Below are positions 12,407-22,133 of a stretch of 64,000 nucleotides of DNA, piece after piece (position 1 is the stretch's first letter; each line of letters opens with the position of its first letter). Made by a program: the position numbers and the translations under genes. The notes under the pieces were generated by a model. It saw nothing but the letters and a program-made list of their open reading frames with translations. It was not told where the DNA came from and made no database searches. The stretch is from Candidatus Latescibacterota bacterium (GTDB lineage: Bacteria > Latescibacterota > UBA2968 > GCA-2709665): positions 2,656,001-2,720,000 of the forward strand of contig CBDDDZ010000005.1 of NCBI GenBank assembly GCA_965226795.1. Reading direction: 5' to 3'.

Positions 12407-13405
12407 ATGGACCTTTTCCTGGAAAAATCCACCGTTGTCGGCGCCGGTCTGATGGGTAGTCAGATCGCCCTGGTCCTGGCCCTGGGGAGCAAGCAAACCT
12501 GGCTGATCGGCCGGCGGGCGGAAAGCCTCGTCGATGCCCGAAAGAACCTGCAAAGATACGCGAGGGACCTCCACCGGCACAACCGGCTACGGGGTGAAAC
12601 GCCTGAAACCGTCCTGGACCGAATACGTACCACAACGGACCTGGAAGTTGCGGCTGCCGATTCCGCTTTTATCGTGGAATCCATCACCGAAGACCTCGCC
12701 GCCAAACAAGCGCTCTTCCAGCGCCTGGATACCCTGTCGGAGAGGGATGTTCCCCTCGTCAGCAACACGTCTGGCCTTCCCATCAGCAGACTTGCGGAAC
12801 GCGCGCGTCACAGGAATCGCGTTGCGGGCTCCCATTTCGTACAGCCGGCTCACATCGTTCCCGTTGCCGAAATAGTCCGCGGCGAACAGACCTCGAACGA
12901 GACATTGGATCGTATCGCCAGCATCTGGCAACGGCTGGGCTACTTTCCCCTTCGCGTGAACAAGGACGTGCCCGGGTTTCTCGTCAACCGGCTGCAACAC
13001 GCGCTCATCCGAGAAGCCGTGGACCTGCTGGCCTCGGGCGTCGCTACCGCAGAAGATATCGACGACGCCTTCCGGCTGGGACTGGCGCCCAGATTCACCA
13101 CCACAGGCCCGCTGGAACAACGAGACATCAACGGTCTGACGATGCACGTTCGCGTGGCCTCGCATCTCTGGCGGACCCTGGCCGGGTGGGAGCAGCCACT
13201 GGCCCACCTCCAGGCGCTCGTCGCGACGGGAGCCACCGGACTGGAATCCGGAAACGGCTACTACAACTGGGCGGACCGCGATCCGCACGCGGTCCGCGCT
13301 GAAAAGGACGAGCAACTCCTGCGCCGGACCGCCGAGGTGATGGCGGATTGGGAGGAAGAGCAGGCGAAGCGTCGGCAAGGGTTCGGAACCCAGGCTTCGC
13401 AGTAG
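12407..13405 (+). CDS. 3-hydroxyacyl-CoA dehydrogenase family protein
   Basis: VVGAGLMGSQIA, IVESITEDLAAK, SNTSGL, GSHF, DVPGFLVNRLQ, GLESGNGYY. Confidence 0.9.
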   Translation: MDLFLEKSTVVGAGLMGSQIALVLALGSKQTWLIGRRAESLVDARKNLQRYARDLHRHNRLRGETPETVLDRIRTTTDLEVAAADSAFIVESITEDLAAKQALFQRLDTLSERDVPLVSNTSGLPISRLAERARHRNRVAGSHFVQPAHIVPVAEIVRGEQTSNETLDRIASIWQRLGYFPLRVNKDVPGFLVNRLQHALIREAVDLLASGVATAEDIDDAFRLGLAPRFTTTGPLEQRDINGLTMHVRVASHLWRTLAGWEQPLAHLQALVATGATGLESGNGYYNWADRDPHAVRAEKDEQLLRRTAEVMADWEEEQAKRRQGFGTQASQ

Positions 13406-13440
13406 GTCAACCACTGTATTTCGTTTAGCCAGGAGGCACA

Positions 13441-14316
13441 ATGGCCGCCAACCTGTACCTCATGTCGGCTGAAGAACGATATTTCTTCGACCTGACCGGG
13501 TATCTCGTCGTTAGAAACGCCCTCACGGTCGAAGAGGCACAGGAATGCAATAGCGCTCTTGATCGCTTTGCCGACCACATGACCACACGCCCCATCAAGT
13601 CCCACAGCCTCGCGGGCGGCTCATCGGCCCTGGAGGGCAAACAGGGGCGGACGGAACTCACGGGGATGCTCGGCTGGCCGACACCCTACCGCGAGCCATT
13701 CCGCAAACTCCTCGTCCATCCCGTTGTGGTCTCCCGTCTGAACGTCATGTCCGGTACGGGATTCCGCCTTGACCATGGCCCCCTGCTTATAGGCACCGAA
13801 GCCGGCGCCGAGGGTCACCAGTTGCACGGCGCGGGCGAACCTTTCAGTCCTTCCGTATGGTACCACCAGCAGAATGGCAACATTTATTGCCGAGGTGTCA
13901 CCGTCGCATGGCAACTGGCTGACGTCAATAAGGGGGACGGCGGCTTCTGCATCGTACCCGGCAGCCACAAGACACGCGAACCCACCCCGGCGGGCGTACG
14001 GTCCCTAGAAGACAACAAGGACCTGGTTGTACAGCCAGTGATGAGAGCCGGTGACGTCCTGTTTTTTGCCGAAACCGCCACGCACGGCACCCTTCCCTGG
14101 AAGGGGAAACACGGACGCCGCTCCGTTCTCTACAAATATGCCTCCCGGGCCGTCGCGCGGGCGACAGGTCGCCATTTCGTACCAGAAACCCGCTGGGGAG
14201 AATGGGTCCGCGACCTCACACCTGAACAGAAGGCCGTCCTCTACGGTCCCGGAGTCCACACCGGTAACGACTTTCCCCGGCTCGGATCCGACGGCCACAG
14301 CACCTGGATTGCCTGA
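13441..14316 (+). CDS. PhyH-like Fe(II)/2-oxoglutarate oxygenase with HxA motif
   Basis: FFDLTGYLVVRNAL, LHGAG, WQLADV..GDGGFCIVPGSHK, AGDVLFF..TATHG, RRSVLYKY. Confidence 0.88.
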   Translation: MAANLYLMSAEERYFFDLTGYLVVRNALTVEEAQECNSALDRFADHMTTRPIKSHSLAGGSSALEGKQGRTELTGMLGWPTPYREPFRKLLVHPVVVSRLNVMSGTGFRLDHGPLLIGTEAGAEGHQLHGAGEPFSPSVWYHQQNGNIYCRGVTVAWQLADVNKGDGGFCIVPGSHKTREPTPAGVRSLEDNKDLVVQPVMRAGDVLFFAETATHGTLPWKGKHGRRSVLYKYASRAVARATGRHFVPETRWGEWVRDLTPEQKAVLYGPGVHTGNDFPRLGSDGHSTWIA

Positions 14317-14353
14317 ACCACCATTCAGATGGGCACGGAAGTAGAGAAGGCCC

Positions 14354-15229
14354 GTGGAGAATACGATGGACGCAAAGGAACGTTATTTCTGGGATCTCTC
14401 GGGCTATCTCGTCGTACAAGACGTGCTGACACCCGAAGAAATCGCCGCTGCGAACGAAGCCATCGACCGACACCAGGACCGGATACATATGGGCGACGAC
14501 AATCGGGGTGCGCGAGGCTCACATTCCCTCCGGGGCGCCGGACGCCCCACCATGCACGGCCTCCTGCAAATGGAACGCCCGTACTGTGAACCGTTCCGAG
14601 AGATGCTGGCCCACCCCTCCGTCGTCCTGCGCCTGAACGTGATGTGCGGCGCCGGCTTTCGCCTGGATCACGGTCCATTGCTCATATCCGGCGTCAAAGG
14701 CACCGAAGGCCTGACCATGCACGGCGCCGGCGAACCGCACAGACCCTACGTGGCATACAATCACCAGAACAGTCAAACCTATTGCGGCGGCGTCACGGTG
14801 AGTTGGCAACTCGCCGACGTAAACCCGGAGGACGGAGGATTCACATGCGTACCCGGCAGCCACAAATCCGGTTTTCCAATGCCTCCGGGCGTGCGTACGT
14901 GCGACGATGACCTGGGTACCGTTGTACAGCCAGCCATGCGGGCGGGCGATGTCCTGTTCTTCATGGACGGAGCGCAGACCCATGGGACACGTCCCTGGCA
15001 GAGCGAGCAGCCCCGACGCTCAGTGCTGTTCAAATACGCCGCCCGTTCGTGTGTGCGTGGCGGTCCGGCGAGTCAACTGGCCCCCCCGGAAATATACTGG
15101 GGCGAAGACGTCGTCGTCGGTATGACCGACGAACAGCGCGCGGTCATGTTCGGCCCCTACGCCAACCACGGAGGCGAAGTTCCATTCCTTTCCGTGGACG
15201 AAGACGGTAACGTGCGCATCGAACGATAA
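14354..15229 (+). CDS. PhyH-like Fe(II)/2-oxoglutarate oxygenase with HxA motif (tandem paralog)
   Basis: FWDLSGYLVVQDVL, MHGAG, WQLADV..DGGFTCVPGSHK, AGDVLFF..AQTHG, RRSVLFKY. Start may be 14366. Confidence 0.88.
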   Translation: MENTMDAKERYFWDLSGYLVVQDVLTPEEIAAANEAIDRHQDRIHMGDDNRGARGSHSLRGAGRPTMHGLLQMERPYCEPFREMLAHPSVVLRLNVMCGAGFRLDHGPLLISGVKGTEGLTMHGAGEPHRPYVAYNHQNSQTYCGGVTVSWQLADVNPEDGGFTCVPGSHKSGFPMPPGVRTCDDDLGTVVQPAMRAGDVLFFMDGAQTHGTRPWQSEQPRRSVLFKYAARSCVRGGPASQLAPPEIYWGEDVVVGMTDEQRAVMFGPYANHGGEVPFLSVDEDGNVRIER

Positions 15230-15240
15230 GAAGCAGCTCT

Positions 15241-16233
15241 ATGGAAGCACCAGCAGCTTCAACGATTGTACGCCTGATTCAGAATACCTATCCCTCGTTC
15301 GCCCTGCTTGCCGGTATGCAGCTTGGCGTATTTACGTCGCTGGCAGACGGCCCACTCGATGCGGAACAAATCGCCGGAAAAATCCGGGTAACGGCCGAGC
15401 GCCTGTCCCCACTGCTTTACGCGCTGGTGGCAACGGGCCTGCTGGGCGTCGAAAACAATCGCTTCTTCAACGGCAGCGAGGCTCGGCATCACCTGGTAGA
15501 GACCAGCCCCGATTACATCGGCAACGTCCACCACCTGCTCTCCGACCTGTGGTCGGCAACCCTCAAGACTGCGGACTCGATTCGGCTAGGCCAACCGCAG
15601 GCCGAACACAGCTTTACGGAAATGCCCCCCGGTCAGTTGTACACCTTCTTTCGTGGCCTTCACGACGAGGCGCTTGCGGCCGGACGGGATCTGGTAAGAC
15701 GTTTCGACATTTCATCCTCCACGCGACTGCTGGATGTCGGCGGGGGTTCAGGGGGCTTGGCCATCGGCATTACCGAAGCGAGTCCCAACCTTAGCGCAAC
15801 CGTTCTGGACCTGCCCGAAGTGCTCCCGATTACGAGACGCTTCATCCGTGAGGCGAATGCGACCGACCGGATCCACACCCTCGCGCTAGACGCCACCCGC
15901 GAACCCGTTCCGGGCAAGTTCGACGCGGCTGTGGTCAAAGCCTTTTTCCAGACCCTTCCTCCATGCCAGGCAGGTCGGGCCCTATCGCACATAGGAGCCG
16001 CACTCATGCCCGGCAGCGCCATCTACATTCTGGGTAACGGCATCCTGGACGACTGCCGTTATTCACCGCCCGAAGCGGCTATCTTCAACATCGTCTTCCT
16101 CAACATCTATCGAGGGGGGCGCGCTTACACGGAAACCGAGTACAGAACCTGGTTGACCCAGGCGGGATTCGGGAGTGTCCAGCGGGTCAGTCAACCGAAT
16201 GGATCGAGCATCCTCACGGCACGCAAAATATGA
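15241..16233 (+). CDS. SAM-dependent O-methyltransferase (Methyltransf_2 with N-terminal dimerisation domain)
   Basis: LAGMQLGVFTSL winged-helix N-terminus; LLDVGGGSG SAM motif; VLDLPEV; GRAYTETEY..WL..AGF. Confidence 0.9.
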   Translation: MEAPAASTIVRLIQNTYPSFALLAGMQLGVFTSLADGPLDAEQIAGKIRVTAERLSPLLYALVATGLLGVENNRFFNGSEARHHLVETSPDYIGNVHHLLSDLWSATLKTADSIRLGQPQAEHSFTEMPPGQLYTFFRGLHDEALAAGRDLVRRFDISSSTRLLDVGGGSGGLAIGITEASPNLSATVLDLPEVLPITRRFIREANATDRIHTLALDATREPVPGKFDAAVVKAFFQTLPPCQAGRALSHIGAALMPGSAIYILGNGILDDCRYSPPEAAIFNIVFLNIYRGGRAYTETEYRTWLTQAGFGSVQRVSQPNGSSILTARKI

Positions 16234-16430
16234 ACCGGTCGCTGCGCCGCGAACCGGCCGCGGATGACGGACTCCCGTCAGAATCGTGTTGACAACCGGG
16301 CGATCTCTGTTTACCTCTAATGCACCTTTCCAGCGGGCGGTTCGGAAGTTGCCCCGCCCCGTTTGCGGTTCGGCGTTGATACAATGACGGTTTCCATCAC
16401 CGAGTCGCATACCTACCCTTAGGGGCATGC

Positions 16431-17267
16431 ATGGATATCGACCTGGAAACGTACCTGTTTGACCTTCGCGGTTATCTACATCTCGAAAACGCGCTCTCAC
16501 AGGGGGAAGTTGAGGAACTCAATGCCTGGCTGGATGAAATTCCCCCGCTAATGCCAGGGGAGTGGTTCGGCCATATACATGCGCACACCTACGGCGACGA
16601 CACATCCGGTCTGAACCTGCAGCAGATTTATGAAGCCGGGGAGCCCTTCGAAAAACTCATCGACCATCCCTCGTGGTTCGAAAAGGTGAAGCGCTTTGTG
16701 GGAGGCGAAGGCAGCTTCGACTACCACCATGGCCCCTTGTTCATCGACGAGAATTTCGCGAATTTTCGCGAACCCGGCGAAGCCATCGGGCTACACTCCG
16801 GTGGATACCCGCCCATTTTGCGCAATCAGTTTCGCTTCCACGGCGGGCGCTTCATGTGCGGCCAGATCAACATCCTCATAGCGCTTACGGACATCGGACC
16901 CGGCGACGGCGGCACTATGGTCATCCCCGGAAGCCATAAAGCCAACTTCAAACACCCGCACTTCGACAGACACAGGATGTCCAGAAACGCCACTGTCGAA
17001 GGCATTGAAGGCGCCGTCGAAATCCATATGACCGCGGGGGACGCGCTTCTATTTGTGGACAGCATCTCACACGGCTCCGCCCGGCGGTCCAACCCGGGTA
17101 CCCGGCGCGTGGTTGTCTACCGGTACGGACCCTCATGGGGAAACTTTCGCCACGGTTATCAGCCGTCAACGGAACTCCTGCAAAGACTCACGCCGGAGCG
17201 CCGCCGGATCGTACAACCCCTCAATCTCATCCCGAGAAAACCGGAAGAAAAAGTCAATCTCAGTTAG
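16431..17267 (+). CDS. PhyH-like Fe(II)/2-oxoglutarate oxygenase with HxG motif
   Basis: YLFDLRGYL, LHSGG, ALTDIGPGDGGTMVIPGSHK, AGDALLF..SISHG, RRVVVYRY. Confidence 0.88.
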   Translation: MDIDLETYLFDLRGYLHLENALSQGEVEELNAWLDEIPPLMPGEWFGHIHAHTYGDDTSGLNLQQIYEAGEPFEKLIDHPSWFEKVKRFVGGEGSFDYHHGPLFIDENFANFREPGEAIGLHSGGYPPILRNQFRFHGGRFMCGQINILIALTDIGPGDGGTMVIPGSHKANFKHPHFDRHRMSRNATVEGIEGAVEIHMTAGDALLFVDSISHGSARRSNPGTRRVVVYRYGPSWGNFRHGYQPSTELLQRLTPERRRIVQPLNLIPRKPEEKVNLS

Positions 17268-17528
17268 ATGCGACACAGACAGACGGCAAATTGACCGCAT
17301 CCCATTTCGTACGGACGTCGGGGTCCTGAAACGCGAGGAGGCTCAAGATTGCCGCGACCCGCGGCATTTCCGGTTGAGCAACTTGCCGGGGCCTGCACCG
17401 ATCCAGAAACCATTATACACGAATTTATCGCTTCACAAGCAACCCGTTTGTATTCTCAGACATCCCGCCAGGACGATATTCGTCATATATACCAAGGGTA
17501 TGCGTAAGAAAAACCGAAGGAGCCCCAG

Positions 17529-18260
17529 ATGACGACCTCTCGCGAAATGCTGGAACAATTAAAAAACTTCGACACCCCGTCAATCACGAACGTCGTGGCC
17601 ACGTATCCCGGTAACCCGCTTTGCCTGAGCCTCTACAATCCCTGGACGGAAAACTGGTACACGGACCAATCCATACGGTGCATGTATCCCGAACTGGGTC
17701 GCACGGTCGGTCACGCGGTGACGTGTGTCTTCGGACTGCCCGACCCCGACTACAACTCTCTGTCGTTTCTGGACGTGATCGACGCCCTGGACGCATCGCC
17801 AAAACCGACCATCCTTGTCTTCCAGCAGAAATTTCCGCCTGAACTCGCGGCCAGGGTCGGACTGGCCGGCGGGAATATGACTTCGGCAATGAAGGCAGTC
17901 GGCTGTGTGGGCGCCATCTCCAACGGCCCTTCCAGGGACATCGACGAGATCCGCCCCATGAAATTTCAATTCATGCTCAGCGGCGTCACCGCCGGACACG
18001 GGGGCATGGCAGTACACGCCGTCAATGTGCCGGTCTCGGTAGGCGGGATGGACGTGGCGCCCGGCGAAATCCTCCATATGGACGAAAACGGCGCGTGCAA
18101 GTTCCCCTCCGACAAACTGGAAGCCGTTCTCAACAACGTCCGTGCACTGCAAGAGGAAGAGGAAGCACGAATGGGCGCCCTGCTGAGCGCCTCTTCAGCC
18201 GCCGAAGTCCGGGCAATCCTGGACGGCCATACCTACGCCGAAGAAGAAGATGAAAACTGA
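17529..18260 (+). CDS. RraA / HMG-CHA aldolase-like family protein
   Basis: FDTPSITN, RTVGHAVT, GGNMT, GAISNGPSRDIDE, VSVGGMDVAPGEILHMDENG. RBS AAGGAG. Confidence 0.85.
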   Translation: MTTSREMLEQLKNFDTPSITNVVATYPGNPLCLSLYNPWTENWYTDQSIRCMYPELGRTVGHAVTCVFGLPDPDYNSLSFLDVIDALDASPKPTILVFQQKFPPELAARVGLAGGNMTSAMKAVGCVGAISNGPSRDIDEIRPMKFQFMLSGVTAGHGGMAVHAVNVPVSVGGMDVAPGEILHMDENGACKFPSDKLEAVLNNVRALQEEEEARMGALLSASSAAEVRAILDGHTYAEEEDEN

Positions 18261-18397
18261 CCCGGCGATTACCGTCTGCTCTGGCACTGACTTGCCTCGC
18301 GAATCTATCCAAAAAATGGATCGCGGGTATCCCGCATGCCTCGGAAGGGCGGCCGATCCGCCTGAGTGAACGTCACAGATTCCTGGAATAATGAGAA

Positions 18398-21300
18398 CTA
18401 TGCCATAATTCTGACGTGATCTCCAACGGCCGTTGAATACACGTCGAATGGTTCGCCGATAACCCTTGAAAAATCAAACGCTTCCTTCACGACAAAGGTC
18501 GTGCGCCCTCTCATTTTGCGAATGGTAAACACGCGATCCCCTATCCGGAGCCGGCATCCCGGATACGCCCCTTCTTTCGGGTGGTCCACGTCACTGTCGA
18601 ACCTGGATCGCCGCCCGGATGCCACCGCGCCCCTGCCCCTGACGAATCGGGGCATATCGGCGAGGTAAACGCGGCTGCCATCGCCTTCCCGCCTGATTCG
18701 CTCTACCAGATACACCGTCTCCAGCCCCGATGGATGACGGACGTAGATTACCTTTCCGTCCAGCGATCCATCCTCCGGCAACCGAACATCCAGAACCAGT
18801 TCACTGCGCCCCGGTTCGCCCGAAATATCTCCCGCCAGCCCCGTCACCGTCGCCTCGTAGTCGCGTATCTGTTCGACTGCCGCGTCGCCCACCCGTAACA
18901 GCGACCCGTCGATCACGTCGAGATCAATTTCCGAGGAGGATTCGCTCATCACGCCGGCGCGTCCCCTGAGTTCAAAGCGCCTTCCATCCGGCAGGGTTGT
19001 TGCCAACCCGGCTCCCTCGGGATCTATTGCGATTGTCCGATCCCGGCCGCGTTCCTCCACCTGTAGCACGACGCCGGAACGATCACGCGCCACCAGCCTT
19101 GCATTCCTCACGAAGCCTTCGCCGCCATGCGCTTCAATAACCGATACGAACAGGCTGGCGTCGCTTCGTTGGCGCAGACAGACCACAGGGAACCAGAAAT
19201 CGTCCAATTTGCCGTCATCCTCCTGCGCACGGCGGATGGACGGTGCGTCGCTGGCCAGCAACCGGCCCGCCTGAACGCCGAGGAACCTGACATCCAACCG
19301 CGTGCCGGAACCCTCGAATCGCGTATTGAAGTCTCCGGAAACCTCCGCCATTCGCGTACGCTTCAGATATCCGAAAAGGGCCCCGTCGGTCCCGTCACCG
19401 TTCAGGATCATCTCCCCGTCCGAGGGCTGGAGATCCACATCCGTGGAAATCGCCTGGTCGAAGTCCGCCGATCCGTGCAGGAGGTAATCGTGCACGTCGC
19501 CGCCCTTCACTTCGAACAGATCCACCACGTACCCGCTATCGGGCCCCGTCGGAACCAGCATCATCGTTCGGCGATACACGGTCGTATTCTCAAATGCCTC
19601 CGGCGCCTCAGCGCAGACAAGTCCCGCACGCGTTCTGGAAACAGGACGAAAGCACCGCAGCTGCCCGCTGTCTCTGGTTTGCTCCTGTCCATCTACAACC
19701 ACGGTGTTGTGGCTCCCGACCGTCGTTGCCCACTCCCGGTATCGGGTATGCGTATATCCGATATCCGATAGCAGTTCCTGCCCGAACACATCCAGGCCCA
19801 TTGCCAATGTATCGTAATGGTGATGCCCGCCCCAGGGGCCGTAACTGAAGGTCGCCCGCACGGCTTTCTTCGATAGTCCCACGCCCAGGATCACATCGCC
19901 CGCCCCCGGCAACAGATAGTTCGAAGGCGCCAGCGCGAGCAAATCCTCCTCCGTGACGCGCCGGGCGGCTTCCGAAGAACGTCGGAAGATGGCATACTCG
20001 ACGTCGGCTACAGGAATCCGGGACGTACCGCTGATTTCATCCGCTGCTTCCACGAATCGGGCCATGGATCCAATTCGACTCGACACGCGGGCGAAACCGG
20101 TGCTCAACGACCACGTATCGTTCGCCATCAGCGTGCGCCCATCGGGCATGAACAATCCCAGCGGCACGGTATAGATGCGCTCCAGAAATGGCATCTCTCC
20201 GAAAACGTCTATTCCACCGGGCCCACTGATTACATCCGGCACGCGGAGCGTCCCCCCTGTAATCATATTGAAATAGTTGAGCGTATCCTCGTGCCAGTAC
20301 CCGTCGTAATAATAACAGTTATCGATCAACGTCCGATACAGCATGTATGCTCTGGCCACGAAATCCGGTTCATCGAGAACTCGCCCCACGAGCGCCAGCC
20401 CGTTGATCCTCCCGCCGTCGTAATTGGTGGAACCGTGCGGGATCTCCAGTGTGTGTCGAATCGCCTCATACAGCAGATCCCGTTCGATTGCCCTGCGTAC
20501 ATCACGGCCTGCGGCTTCGGACAGTTTTTCGATGGCGCGACTGTCTGAAATCAGGTCGTAGACCTGGGCCATCCGGAACGCGTTGTGCGCGTCCGAAAAG
20601 GGGCTGGCGTGAAAATTTCCCATCCTGGCGGATACAAAGGGAAAGGGCGGATCCTTGTAGAAATGATTCTCATAGAATCCCCTCCGATCGGCGTGGAGAT
20701 AGGACACGCCCAGTCCGTGCACGGGATAGTTCTTGTAGACTTCCGAGAGCCGATCCAGAATCACCGCCGCCTTTTCCGCGTATGCCTCCTCCCCCGTAAG
20801 GGCGTACGCCATGGCCAGGGGATCTGCCATTCGGACCACGTGGTACTGCGTGTAGTTCAACAGCATATTTTCGAAGAAATACCGCATCCCTTCATCATCC
20901 TCCCAATAGCGGTATCGGACCGCCCCGCCAGCCGGACCCACCACCTCGATCTCCCCCAACGGCCGGTGGTCCGGTCCCGGAAACACACTACTGCAAATTT
21001 TGCACCTTACGTGCCCCGGATCGTCGGGCGACCAGGACCAGAAATGGATCCGCCAACTCCTCTTCCGCCGGTCCACGGGACAGCGCGGAAGAGGAAAGTT
21101 AACCTGCTCTGAAATACCAGCGCGTATGGTCTCGTCCGGCATCTCCAGGATTTTTCGGCGGGCGATCCAACGCAACTGCCCGTCTCGAAACCGCTTCGCC
21201 CAGTCATGCGATTCCACTCGCCTCCTGGCGCGCTCGATCTGGTCAGAGGTATAGAATAGCGGATGCGCCACGCCTCTGGGAAACGGCCGTTCACCTTTCC

Positions 21301-21445
21301 AGTACCTTGTTTCCCTTGAACAATCTATCCGTTCGATCCCCATATCGCTCCTCCACAAAGCCGGATCGCAACCCGTGGCAAGAACCACTGTGCCCAAACC
21401 GGCGTCTCGCAGAAACTCCCGTCTCGTGAGATCCCTATCAGACAT
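18398..21445 (-). CDS. Tat-exported lipoprotein, heparinase II/III-like polysaccharide lyase
   Basis: TRREFL twin-arginine signal and LATGC lipobox; YALTGEEAYAEKA; DGYWHE; GGHHHYD; SDIGY; SHNTVVVDG; YVVDLFEVKGG. Confidence 0.85.
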   Translation of the reverse strand: MSDRDLTRREFLRDAGLGTVVLATGCDPALWRSDMGIERIDCSRETRYWKGERPFPRGVAHPLFYTSDQIERARRRVESHDWAKRFRDGQLRWIARRKILEMPDETIRAGISEQVNFPLPRCPVDRRKRSWRIHFWSWSPDDPGHVRCKICSSVFPGPDHRPLGEIEVVGPAGGAVRYRYWEDDEGMRYFFENMLLNYTQYHVVRMADPLAMAYALTGEEAYAEKAAVILDRLSEVYKNYPVHGLGVSYLHADRRGFYENHFYKDPPFPFVSARMGNFHASPFSDAHNAFRMAQVYDLISDSRAIEKLSEAAGRDVRRAIERDLLYEAIRHTLEIPHGSTNYDGGRINGLALVGRVLDEPDFVARAYMLYRTLIDNCYYYDGYWHEDTLNYFNMITGGTLRVPDVISGPGGIDVFGEMPFLERIYTVPLGLFMPDGRTLMANDTWSLSTGFARVSSRIGSMARFVEAADEISGTSRIPVADVEYAIFRRSSEAARRVTEEDLLALAPSNYLLPGAGDVILGVGLSKKAVRATFSYGPWGGHHHYDTLAMGLDVFGQELLSDIGYTHTRYREWATTVGSHNTVVVDGQEQTRDSGQLRCFRPVSRTRAGLVCAEAPEAFENTTVYRRTMMLVPTGPDSGYVVDLFEVKGGDVHDYLLHGSADFDQAISTDVDLQPSDGEMILNGDGTDGALFGYLKRTRMAEVSGDFNTRFEGSGTRLDVRFLGVQAGRLLASDAPSIRRAQEDDGKLDDFWFPVVCLRQRSDASLFVSVIEAHGGEGFVRNARLVARDRSGVVLQVEERGRDRTIAIDPEGAGLATTLPDGRRFELRGRAGVMSESSSEIDLDVIDGSLLRVGDAAVEQIRDYEATVTGLAGDISGEPGRSELVLDVRLPEDGSLDGKVIYVRHPSGLETVYLVERIRREGDGSRVYLADMPRFVRGRGAVASGRRSRFDSDVDHPKEGAYPGCRLRIGDRVFTIRKMRGRTTFVVKEAFDFSRVIGEPFDVYSTAVGDHVRIMA

Positions 21446-21780
21446 TGGAAGCACTCCAGGAAGCGGGCGGCCGGACCGCACCCCTGAAAAAACGCCAACA
21501 GAAAATCCTGCACATGCCGCACGTCCGATTTAACCGCGTCACACGATTGGTGCCGGATCGCGCAAATATACGACGCCCTCCAATTGAAGTCCAGGCACTC
21601 CTTAAAGGCGATTTCAGTCGTTGTCGTCGATACCGAGTAAACGGGAAGTAGTCGCCAGCGAAAAAATAGAGAAAGGATTGCGGAGTCGGCTCACGCTTCG
21701 ATTCTACCTGCGAACGTGGGAAATTCCCGGTTTTCCTTACGGTAGTTTTTCACCAATTCCAGAAAAAATAAATTCTCCCC

Positions 21781-21829
21781 TTGACTTGTCCTAATTGATT
21801 CGTCATATTACTAATAACTTAGTAATATG
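21781..21829 (+). promoter_or_regulatory. Promoter with overlapping palindromic operator (BlaI-type site 1)
   Basis: TTGACT (21781), 17 nt, CATATT; perfect inverted repeat CATATTACTAA-TAAC-TTAGTAATATG (21804-21829) covering the -10 box. Confidence 0.72.
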
Positions 21830-21907
21830 TCTCGAATAATCCACAAGAAAGAAAGTGGAAGCCGCCTTCGACGAGCGCATGTCTGGGGCAAGCAGGTTTC
21901 CTGACAG

Positions 21908-21975
21908 GTAGGGGCGCCCGAGGGTGCGACAGGCGCCGCCACGCATGCCAGGGCAACCGCGAGGGTTGCGCCCAC
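21908..21975. repeat. GTAG-type REP-like element, degenerate
   Basis: GTAGGGGCG...GGGCAACCGCGAGGGTTGCGCCCAC with internal hairpin GCAACC-GCGAG-GGTTGC. Confidence 0.55.
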
Positions 21976-22087
21976 GCGGGTTAGAGGGATCAGATCGTGG
22001 GCAGGGCGGGCGCATTGAAATCGTCTAAGACATCACAATATACGCCGAGTGTCCGGCATATGTACCGGCCACATAGATAAAATCGTT

Positions 22088-22111
22088 TTATTACTGAAAA
22101 GTGAGTAATAA
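22088..22111. promoter_or_regulatory. Second BlaI-type operator
   Basis: TTATTACT-GAAAAGTG-AGTAATAA has the same ATTACT-N8-AGTAAT geometry as site 1 and lies just upstream of the RBS. Confidence 0.62.
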
Positions 22112-22133
22112 GACGAGCGCAAAGGAGATGATT

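Noticed and set aside
16289..16430. TTGACA promoter and possible riboswitch before the third PhyH-like gene
   Set aside because: No convincing -10 at 16-18 nt spacing and no recognisable aptamer core.
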